Assembly (NCBI GenBank): GCA_964035545.1 | Contig: OZ037769.1 | Location: 15,468,633 to 15,532,632 of the forward strand | Direction of reading: 5' to 3' | DNA from: Bugula neritina | Lineage: Eukaryota > Animalia > Bryozoa | DNA: 64,000 nucleotides | Part shown: in pieces, positions 54,401-63,110 of the stretch | Layout of the letters: each line of letters begins with the position of its first letter | Position numbering within the stretch: the first letter of the stretch is position 1 | Position numbers and translations under genes: made by a program | Notes under the pieces: generated by a model | What the model saw: the letters and a program-made list of their open reading frames with translations, nothing else | Database searches by the model: none | What the model was told of the DNA's origin: nothing

Positions 54401-54956
54401 AGCATTGCTCAGCCTAACTAGTAAATTGGGAATAAATGTTACTTAAATTATTTCAAACTTTTATAAACTTTCAAGAGGAAAAATTAGCTATGAAAAGCTG
54501 ACTGACTTTCTAGAAAGAGGGCCATGAAATTGAAATTTTAAGACCTTATACCTCAAAATTATCTCCATCTTCCTCCAGTTCATTGAAGATGCTTTCATAC
54601 AGCTCCTTAGCTTCTCGCAACTTGTTCCTAGTAAGGTGACCCCGCACCACTTTCTGTATGATAAAATAACCCACAATATGCAACAATATACAAAATACAA
54701 ATTTAGTACAGAATCAGCACTGGCTTCAACCAGTAATCTAAAGCCAAAATGTTTATTGCTTTTTTTTATCTAAAACCACAATTGTTGCTGCAAATGAGAT
54801 TTTATGGGTAGGCAGTAAACTGCACAGTCCAACAGTAAATTGGACGTCACTCATTAACACAGTGAGTAAGCAGTAATAAGATAAATGCATGCAATAAGTA
54901 AGTTAAACTCAACTAACTTGGAGAATTGTTGCAGCTTCAACTTGCGTTGCACTCAT
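48453..54956 (-). CDS. IQCC: IQ domain-containing protein C-like (~515 aa, 10 coding exons)
   Basis: Exons 54956-54918, 54653-54552, 54364-53924, 52858-52671, 51449-51116, 50944-50833, 50321-50215, 49543-49468, 49221-49121, 48500-48453; total 1548 nt in frame. IQ motif LQKVVRGHLTR followed by YESIFNELE; C-terminal SMELMWIEQAIASRKQYL matches the IQCC conserved block. Confidence 0.82.
48690..49120. repeat. 31-bp minisatellite, ~14 near-identical copies (CTCTAGGGTTGGTACTGCAAGCACACACA[C/T]A), starting at the splice donor
   Basis: Period 31 (48721 to 48752); no spacers. Confidence 0.97.
49225..49435. repeat. 23-bp degenerate tandem repeat (TATACAAAGGTAGGCAGTGTAAG), intronic
   Basis: Directly visible. 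Confidence 0.85.
50335..50420. repeat. 11-bp tandem repeat (TACAGTGTACG), intronic
   Basis: Directly visible. Confidence 0.85.
52335..52622. repeat. (TATAG/TATAGAG)n satellite, intronic
   Basis: Directly visible. Confidence 0.93.
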
Positions 54957-55442
54957 GTTTGAGAAAATCTCATCAAAGTGTTAGACCTACTTCGCTTGTT
55001 AGTCTTCCATACACCAACTTACTGTTGAGCAATTCATCGCAACTATCAGATCTAAATTATTGATAGAGTATAAATTAATAGCCTAGCTATGACTCATTAA
55101 CATCACATAAACTGGAACAAAATTAAATATAACTAAAACAATTTTGCATTCTAAATTATTTTTTCAAGAATAAAATAAAATTATCTATTCACTGTGTTTA
55201 ACTGTATAAAGAGGCAAAGTAATGACAAACTATGAGAACTATATATGTGACACCAGAATGAATATCAATAATAATATGGTTTTCGTATTTTCCCGTTTAC
55301 TCTCCTTTTGGAATTGAACAAAGATCATAAATGATAAATCTAAATGTAAAGTTTCCAAGAGTATTAGTAGTAGTATTACTATTAGAACTAAACATATATG
55401 ATACATGTTGATGTAGCTAAATTGAAATATATTTATATGGGT

Positions 55443-55905
55443 GCAGGTCATTTCGTACATAAGTCGTTTCGTACCCACTTTTTCAGATCGTTCCGTTCAC
55501 ATCTATCTGATAGATCGTTTTGTATACAACAGTATAGATTAAATAAAATACATACTATTTGATATGTATTTGTTATTTGATGCATGAGTAGTACAGCAAT
55601 AATATAAACATCAGCATTTTTCAAAATAAAGCCAAAAATAGTAGAGTGTTCAATAAGTATAACAATTTAACACATTTAGTTTTATCATAATATAAATTTT
55701 AATATATAATAGATTAAAATAAAACATTGATCAAAAGGCGATATGGGGTGCAATAAATAAGTAAACTAGTATTATTTGACTTTCCAGTGGATTGATTTTG
55801 GGTACGAAATGAATAGCAGTTTGCATGCGAAACGACCATTTTCATTTTGTGTACGAAACTACTGGTGTACAAAATGACTTCAACTTGTGTACAAAACCAC
55901 AGTAA
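55443..55905. mobile_element. Degenerate non-autonomous element with inverted subterminal repeat clusters
   Basis: Left cluster GTC[A/G]TTTCGTAC x2 plus 2 variants (55446-55525); right cluster of reverse complements GTACGAAA/GTACAAAA/CGAAACGAC x5 (55801-55897); AT-rich centre. No clear TSD. Confidence 0.6.
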
Positions 55906-56488
55906 CTTAAGTTACTCAGTAAGCCATTTATATTACTATTAGACTTAGTATTACTATTACTCAGTAATACTATTACTATTAGTAATAGTATTAGTATTAC
56001 CATTAGCCGTAGGGTATTACTTCACGTCATTGGGTTTTAAATAACGCTTGTGTCCCTGAAGGCTAAAAGTAAATAGTAATACCCTACATTGTCATTTACA
56101 GTCACAAACTGGCAGTCGCTGTCAACTGTCAAGTTAAACTTAATCATAATGATAATCATAATCATAATGATAACGTTAAACTTAAAGTTGAAATAAAAAT
56201 GCTTGGATAATCAATATCTTTATGAAATAACATGGCTTTACTTGCATCATCACTACAACTATGACTATATTTGATAGCATTAATATTTTTATTAGTTTAC
56301 AAGTTTGACTTACTGGAAACGAATAACCAAGTTTAACATTTACAACTAGTAATAGTAATACTAACACTACAGGTTAATTTGAATTTGAATTTGAGCTGGT
56401 TTGACTTTTTCCCGCTAGATGAGCGCATGCGTTGATAAAACCTACTTTCTTTGTTTTATTACGGGGAGGACGTCCTTAGTCTCTCAAT

Positions 56489-56818
56489 TATATATAGGAG
56501 ATCCGACAGAAAAACTTGCGTTAGTCTCAGATCTTTCTAGATTGTTCTGGCGTCGTCACGATTACTATGATTTCACTGGTCAATTTTAAAAACTCCAGCT
56601 AGGAATTCCAAATTGCACCACATTCTGGCAATGATAATAACGCACAATCGTATAAAAAACGTTGGCGCGCTGATTTGCTGACATTGCTTGTTTGAAGCTC
56701 ACTGAAGAAAGAAGGGCTAGCTTACATGATCTATTCATTGACAGCATCCACCCTCGTGGACTAAATCAGGCGGTAACAATATTCTGCCGGTCGGATTAGC
56801 TAAAACGCCATCATTCAG
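56489..56818 (+). promoter_or_regulatory. TATA/Inr promoter and non-coding exon 1 of the bZIP gene, with three uORFs
   Basis: TATATATA 56489-56496; Inr-like TTAGTC 56521-56526; uORFs 56567-56602, 56631-56681, 56726-56764; donor CAG|GTAATT at 56818/56819; matching acceptor TTTGTTTTAG| at 62005. Confidence 0.6.
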
Positions 56819-57100
56819 GTAATTGATGTTGAACTTAATTTGTAGGTGGATATTATATTATAATTTATTTATCATCATTCATGATTATTAATATTATTTA
56901 TAAATTCAAAAATTCAAATTTTAAGTCATTAAATCAGTAATTGTAAATGTTAAACTAAAAGTTTTACTAATAGTAATTAGTCTTACTTTCAGATTGAGAT
57001 TTATGAGTAAGTTATTATATTTATTCGTAATTGTATTCAAAACCAATTATAATTGTTTAACTTTTAGTTTTAGCTTCTCGTGTTATTTTGGGATTATTCT

Positions 57101-57332
57101 TGTTCGGTGTTCATGTAAACATTTATTTCTAATTTGTTATTTTATTATTTTACTATTTTTTGTCATAATCTTAATAATTAATTGTATCACTTATTGTAAT
57201 AGTTTTAGTATTTTCGTATATATATATTGTGGTAATAAATCACGGCTTCGGCCTCTTACGTTTATCAACTAACTCGAGCACGTTCTGTCTTTTCACGATA
57301 GCTGAAATAATATCACAAATCAACATAAAACA
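57101..57332 (+). repeat. 5' LTR (232 bp)
   Basis: TG...CA ends; TATA-like run at ~57217; AATAAA 57234-57239. Confidence 0.98.
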
Positions 57333-57345
57333 TGGTGCCCCGAGT
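57333..57345 (+). other. Primer-binding site TGGTGCCCCGAGT, probably for elongator tRNA-Met
   Basis: Directly after the 5' LTR; complementary to a tRNA ending ...CGGGGCACCA, as in metazoan elongator tRNA-Met (recalled). Confidence 0.7.
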
Positions 57346-57376
57346 CTAATTATTATTAATATTACACTGAAATAAC

Positions 57377-58288
57377 ATGGAGCAATTACTAGCGCCAAAA
57401 CCATTAGCAGATGGACCGAATTTACCTGAGGAATGGAAGATTTTTAAACGTGACTTCGAACTTTTTTTAACTGCCACATCGAAAGATACAGCCGAAGGCA
57501 AAGTGAAAACTGCATACCTACTTAGAACTATCGGTCGCCGAGGCAACCAAATATACGACTCTTTCAACTAGACTGACAACAATGACAAAACTGACTATGA
57601 CAAAGTTGTGACGCAGTTTGATGACTACTGCAAACCAAGAATAAACTTAGTGGCTAAGACTCACTCACTACTGACTTGTAAGCAAGGAAATAGAACTATT
57701 GACGAATTTTTGACTGAACTACATACCATTGCAGGACTATGTGACTTAAAAGACATGTACAACCGACTGATACTACAAGCACTGATACTGGGAATTGAAA
57801 GTGACAAGATTAGAAAGAAACTGTTTGACTTGACTGACTTTGACAAAGCAATTGAACTCTGCAGACGAGAAGAAGCATCGGCTATTGACTACAAGACTAT
57901 GACTAAGGATAACACATATGGACTCGAACAAGTGAACTTGGTAAAACATAGACCTCCGACTCATCAATATCACTCTAATGACACTCGTAACACTGATAAA
58001 CACAGAGGACAACTTTCACACACTCACTCTCAGCCCAACGTCAGAAAATCAGTTGGTGCTTCTAGGTGTGGAAACTGTGGAGGCAATCACCCACCTCGAG
58101 CATGCCCAGCATATGGGAAACAGTGCAATCATTGCAAGAAATTTAACCACTTTGCTACATACTGCAGGTCACGCATGCATCATTATCGCGACTCAACCGA
58201 AACAGCCAATCAAGTCACCTGGAATTACTCTTCAGACAGTGACTCTCAACATGTAAGTACTATCTCCACTACTGTACGAGATCCGTAA
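57377..58288 (+). CDS. gag: Gag (303 codons) interrupted by one in-frame TAG at 57569-57571
   Basis: ORFs 57377-57571 and 57608-58288 share a frame and the 36 nt between them are open (IYDSFN*TDNNDKTDYDKVVTQFDDYC); two Zn knuckles, CGNCGGNHPPRAC and CNHCKKFNHFATYC. Confidence 0.9.
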
Positions 58289-61200
58289 ATTATTAGCGAT
58301 GCTCACTGCTAAGCAAGCAGATACTATTTATGACATTGAATTCCAACTTGACACTGGTGCATCATGCAATACTTTGAATACGATCGACTACGACAAGCTA
58401 GGTAAACCGAAACTTACACCGACTGATACTGTACTAACTTTATATGACCAGAGCAAGTGTGCACCACTAGGGTGGACACGGATACAGATACTAAACAAGC
58501 AAGGATGTTACACTACATTAAAATTCCTAGTTGTGGAAACCACCCAACATAGCTTGCTGTCATGGAAATCATGTTTGCACCTGGATTTATTACAAATGCC
58601 CAGCACCAAAAGCGAGAATGTAAACTTTGCCACTACTGACCCAGACCTTCAGACTTTACTGACTAACTTTGATGACATATTTACCGGACTTGGAAAGTTT
58701 GAACAGGAATATAGGATAGAGCTAAGACCTGAAGCTGTACCAGTGCAAGTCCGACCGCGGAAGGTGCCCTTGTCGATGAAATCAGATCTCATCAAGACTA
58801 TTCTTGAACTAGAACAACGTCAAATTATCGCTAAGGTAGAAGCACCTACAGACTGGATAAGCCATCTACAACCAGTGCGCAAGCCTAATGGAAAGATACG
58901 CATCTGCATAGATCCGCAAAATCTCAATCAAGCAATTAAACGAAACCACGCTGTCATGCCAACATTGGAAGATGTTTTGCCACAACTCAACGGTGCCAAG
59001 TTTTTCTCCTTGTGTGACGCCAAAGAAGGTTTCTATCAAATTCCCCTAGCTGAGGAATCTACAGACTTGACAACTTTCTGGACTCCCATAGGAAAGTACA
59101 AGTACCTAAGGCTACCCTTTGGAATTGCATCAGCGCCGGAGGAGTTTCAGAGAAGGCTCACGGAAAATCTTGCTGGTCTTGATGGCATCACCATAGTTGC
59201 AGATGACATCCTAATTTTTGGAAGCACAAGGAAAGAGCATGATAGAAACCTTGAAGCGCTCTTCAAACGTGCTCGACAGACAGGACTGAGACTGAACAAG
59301 GAAAAATCCCGCTTCCTTCAGGACGAACTACCTTACATTGGACACATACTGACAACTAATGGACTTAAACCAGATCCTAACAAAGTAAAAGCCATTCTTA
59401 AGATGAAACCTCCCTCATCTCCACAGGGAGTAAAACGATTCCTTGGTCACATCACATACATGTCAAAATTTATTAGCAACCTAGCATCGGAATCTGAACC
59501 ATTACGACGTTTACTGACACAAGACAATGCTCAAGACTTTCACTGGACTGACGACCAAATGAACGCTTTTAATAGACTGAAGACCTTACTAACTGACTCA
59601 GAAACTCTACAATACTTTGACTGCAACAAGCCAGTAACTATACAAACTGACGCTTCAAATGCTGGTGTGGGTGCAACACTCATGCAAGGAGGCAAGCCTG
59701 TAGCATATGCATCTCGCAGTTTAACAAAATCGGAACAGAACTATGTGCCACTAGAGCTTGAGTGCCTTGCCATAGTGTTTGGCACTGAACGCTTTGACCA
59801 GTATATCTTTGGTCACCATGCTGTCACTATCCAAACTGACCACAAACCCCTTGTATCTATTTTCAGGAAATCCATTCATAAGGCATCTCGGAGGTTGCAG
59901 GCTATGCTTCTTCACTTACAAAGATACCCCAACATTAAGGTAACTTGGCAAAAGGGTGCTGAACAAATCACGGCTGACTTACTCTCAAGAGACTCATACT
60001 TTGACTCCCCCAACTATCAACAACTACCAGAACACATTTTTCACATTGACTCTCAAAATAATGATGCTCCTGTTTGTGACGACTTAATTGACAACATTAG
60101 GACTGCTACTGCACAGGACAATGAACTTATGACACTGACAAACCTTATTAAACATGACTGGAACATTGCCAACTGCACAACTCACGACAAGTACAAACAC
60201 TTTCAGGACGAACTATCTATTGACAATGGCATTGTTTACAAAGGACTACGAGCCATTATTCCAAAGACACTCCAGAGAAAGTTTCTCCAACTACTTCACA
60301 CCGGCCATAATGGGATTAACTCCACACTAAGACGTGCCCGCCACACAGTGTTTTGGCTTGGCATCACCAATGACATCAAAAACAATATTGCTAACTGTCG
60401 ACAATGTCAACTGGATGCTCCCCGGCAACAGAAGGAAACACTTTTACTCCACACAGTTCCCCAACAACCCTGGACCAAAGTAGGAATTGACTTGTTTGAA
60501 TACAATCACACTCACTACATTACTATTGTTGACTATACGACTGACTACCTTGAATATGACCGACTGGACAACCAAACAGCAGAGGCTGTTATCAACTCCA
60601 TAAAGCGCTGTTTTGGACGCCTGGGAATACCCAGACAGGTTCACACTGACAACGGACCACAGTTTACCTCGCACCAGTTTTCCACTTTCAGCCAATCATG
60701 GAATTTCACACACACCACCAGCTCTCCATATCATCCTCAGTCCAATGGGAAGGCAGAGTCTGCTGTGAAGATAGCCAAACGTATACTCCGCAGATGTGAA
60801 GAGCCCGAACTTGCGTTACTGGAACATCTCAACACCACCAAAGAAGGCCTGACGGCCAGCCCAATTCAGCAACTTATCGGAAGACCCACCAGGTCAGTAC
60901 TCCCACAAGTTCGGCCAGAAACAGAGAACAACCAAGGTTGGTGGGAAAAGCAGGGCCGCAATGAAAAACTGCAGCAGAGATGCAATGACGGTGCAAGAGA
61001 TTTGGCAGTGCTGAAAGAAGGGCAACCAGTTTTGGTTCGAGACTGGAGTCAGCACCGGAGAAAATGGCAGGAGGCGCAAATTAACAAACAATTGAGTAGC
61101 AGAGCCTATGCCATACAACTTAACAACAACCTCTTTCGGAGAAACCGGCAAGACATCAGACCACTCGTCACGGAGCCAGCGAGTCCTGAGACACCAAAGG

Positions 61201-61328
61201 ATCCTAAACAAAACGCTAGTAGTACCCAGGTTGACACCACCGAGAGCGCCAATCATAGCGACAATCTAAGACGTTCAACCAGAGAACGGAAGCCACCTAG
61301 TTGGATGGCAGACTATGTGCCCTCTTAA
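58257..61328 (+). CDS. pol: Pol polyprotein (protease, RT, RNase H, integrase), intact; first ATG at 58299
   Basis: LDTGA protease; LPFG and VADD RT motifs; TDAS/ELE/TDHKPL RNase H; HHCC and D,D35E integrase (GIDLF, TDNGPQF, SNGKAE); C-terminal RRSTRERKPP. Confidence 0.97.
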   Translation, partial: VLSPLLYEIRKLLAMLTAKQADTIYDIEFQLDTGASCNTLNTIDYDKLGKPKLTPTDTVLTLYDQSKCAPLGWTRIQILNKQGCYTTLKFLVVETTQHSLLSWKSCLHLDLLQMPSTKSENVNFATTDPDLQTLLTNFDDIFTGLGKFEQEYRIELRPEAVPVQVRPRKVPLSMKSDLIKTILELEQRQIIAKVEAPTDWISHLQPVRKPNGKIRICIDPQNLNQAIKRNHAVMPTLEDVLPQLNGAKFFSLCDAKEGFYQIPLAEESTDLTTFWTPIGKYKYLRLPFGIASAPEEFQRRLTENLAGLDGITIVADDILIFGSTRKEHDRNLEALFKRARQTGLRLNKEKSRFLQDELPYIGHILTTNGLKPDPNKVKAILKMKPPSSPQGVKRFLGHITYMSKFISNLASESEPLRRLLTQDNAQDFHWTDDQMNAFNRLKTLLTDSETLQYFDCNKPVTIQTDASNAGVGATLMQGGKPVAYASRSLTKSEQNYVPLELECLAIVFGTERFDQYIFGHHAVTIQTDHKPLVSIFRKSIHKASRRLQAMLLHLQRYPNIKVTWQKGAEQITADLLSRDSYFDSPNYQQLPEHIFHIDSQNNDAPVCDDLIDNIRTATAQDNELMTLTNLIKHDWNIANCTTHDKYKHFQDELSIDNGIVYKGLRAIIPKTLQRKFLQLLHTGHNGINSTLRRARHTVFWLGITNDIKNNIANCRQCQLDAPRQQKETLLLHTVPQQPWTKVGIDLFEYNHTHYITIVDYTTDYLEYDRLDNQTAEAVINSIKRCFGRLGIPRQVHTDNGPQFTSHQFSTFSQSWNFTHTTSSPYHPQSNGKAESAVKIAKRILRRCEEPELALLEHLNTTKEGLTASPIQQLIGRPTRSVLPQVRPETENNQGWWEKQGRNEKLQQRCNDGARDLAVLKEGQPVLVRDWSQHRRKWQEAQINKQLSSRAYAIQLNNNLFRRNRQDIRPLVTEPASPETPKDPKQNASSTQVDTTESANHSDNLRRSTRERKPPSWMADYVPS

Positions 61329-61370
61329 AACAATCATATCTAAATAGCTTTTTTTCTATTCTGTGGGAGA

Positions 61371-61602
61371 TGTTCGGTGTTCATGTAAACATTTATTTCT
61401 AATTTGTTATTTTATTATTTTACTATTTTTTGTCATAATCTTAATAATTAATTGTATCACTTATTGTAATAGTTTTAGTATTTTCGTATATATATATTGT
61501 GGTAATAAATCACGGCTTCGGCCTCTTACGTTTATCAACTAACTCGAGCACGTTCTGTCTTTTCACGATAGCTGAAATAATATCACAAATCAACATAAAA
61601 CA
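61371..61602 (+). repeat. 3' LTR (232 bp)
   Basis: Identical to the 5' LTR. Confidence 0.98.
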
Positions 61603-62043
61603 ATTCTAATTATTTATTTACATTATTATATTCAATTTCAATAATATTCATATTGAATCAAGGTTATCATATTCAAGTAGAAACTTTGGTTATCAATTAC
61701 CAAAACATGAAGAAATAATCATTGGGCGATTGAATAATTTATCACTGCTAACCATTACTAGTAGCAGCCCGAAATCATCATCATTATGAATATGAATAAT
61801 GAGTATGATTGTTGTCTTCTTATTGATTAAACTATCACTATGCTCAGTTTGGAATAAAATGTAGTCAACTAAAGATATTGGAATTTGTGTTCAATTAATT
61901 TGATGTAGCACTTTCATTATTGTAGTGTTTTATGATTGCATGCCTTGCTTTTAGTTTTATACTCAAAAGCTGTACAAAGTTTTCAAAGTTATTATTTTGT
62001 TTTAGGGCCTAACTGAAACCCAGGAAAATAATACAAAAAAAGA

Positions 62044-62175
62044 ATGCTTTTGGGAGGTAAATTACACAGGAAACGAAGCAATGTACTATACAGTAGACGA
62101 AGAATCATATTCACTACAAAGTCCAACTATTACCACCATATACCCTACAGAAACATCTTTGACTTGGCCCGTTGA
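62044..62175 (+). promoter_or_regulatory. Out-of-frame 43-aa uORF overlapping the bZIP start
   Basis: ATG 62044 to TGA 62173-62175, MLLGGKLHRKRSNVLYSRRRIIFTTKSNYYHHIPYRNIFDLAR; spans main ATG 62081 in another frame. Confidence 0.65.
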
Positions 62176-63110
62176 CAGAGGTGTGTATGTTGTATGGTGT
62201 ATGTTCCCATTCTTGTCGAGTTTTCTCAACAGTTCTCAACTGTTAATTTGTGTATTTTATATCTATATAAAGTAACTGTAATATATTTGATATGTTTCAG
62301 ACTTTAACGACCTTCTTGAACTATATGATAGCGATCAACTAACTGCAGACATGACTTTCAAATCTGTAAATGAGAACTCTCTTGACTATACGCCTCTCAG
62401 TCCATCCTTACCTGTCGCAGGTGAAGAACTCGGCCACTGGCAGCTCAACGAAGTCTTCCAGGATTTCACCCAGTCTGATTTAGACAGAACACAGGTGAGG
62501 ATAAGCTGTTTATATATTATTACTTGTTCCATGCTGCCTGTTGATTATGCATTATTGCAGTTCATTTCAGGTTTTCTGTTATATCTGGAAATAATGATTG
62601 TAATGATTGTAGGAAATGGGCGGCAGTCGAGATCTCTTGGCCGAAGCCTTTGGCACGGTAGAGCCAGCATTTCCTGTCAAATTCTTGGCTGATGATGAAC
62701 CTTCTCAACTCGTTCCCGTCACTGTAGACGATGTCCTGTCACAAGTTACTCACAATACCTCTTCGCCATCCACTTGTCAACTTTCTAATGACGACCGTCT
62801 TCACAAAGTCTCTAAGAAATCTAATTCTAAAATAACCAAAAGATCTAACAAGGCAGCAGTCAAGCTCGCTGACTGCGTCGTCAAACCTAACGAGACGGTG
62901 AAGGAGGCACAGCGACGTATCAAAAACAACTCAGCTTCTCGTGAATTCCGATCTCGAAAGAAGACGAAGCTGGAGGAGATGTTAGTCACTGAAGACAGTC
63001 TGAGAACTCACAACTCCGTGATTAGAAATGATTTGACCTTGGTTGAAGAGGTCGTGCAGATTCTTAAAGACGGCCTTGTCAATTCTGCACGACAATTCCG
63101 CCAAAGCTGA
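62081..63110 (+). CDS. bZIP transcription factor (C/EBP-PAR-Xrp1/ATF4-like, ~263 aa)
   Basis: Exons 62081-62180, 62301-62494, 62613-63110; total 792 nt in frame. Basic region RRIKNNSASREFRSRKK (invariant Asn and Arg) followed by a leucine zipper; acidic N-terminus. Start could alternatively be 62351. Confidence 0.88.

Larger units (their letters stand above)
57101..61602 (+). mobile_element. Full-length Ty3/gypsy LTR retrotransposon (Mag-like), very recent insertion
   Basis: TG...CA LTRs 57101-57332 and 61371-61602, identical on base-by-base reading; 5-bp TSD ATTCT (57096-57100, 61603-61607); PBS at 57333; short purine tract GTGGGAGA 61363-61370; domain order gag-PR-RT-RH-IN. Confidence 0.98.

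Noticed and set aside
58253-58320. Intron joining gag to pol in frame
   Set aside because: Donor GTAAGT is perfect, but the good acceptors (TAG 58296, CAG 58320) give the wrong frame; only a weak AAG at 58313 fits. Kept only as an alternative.
60444-61256. Antisense ORFs in pol, or an env-like extra gene
   Set aside because: Short shadows of the pol frame; only 42 nt separate the pol stop from the 3' LTR, so there is no env.
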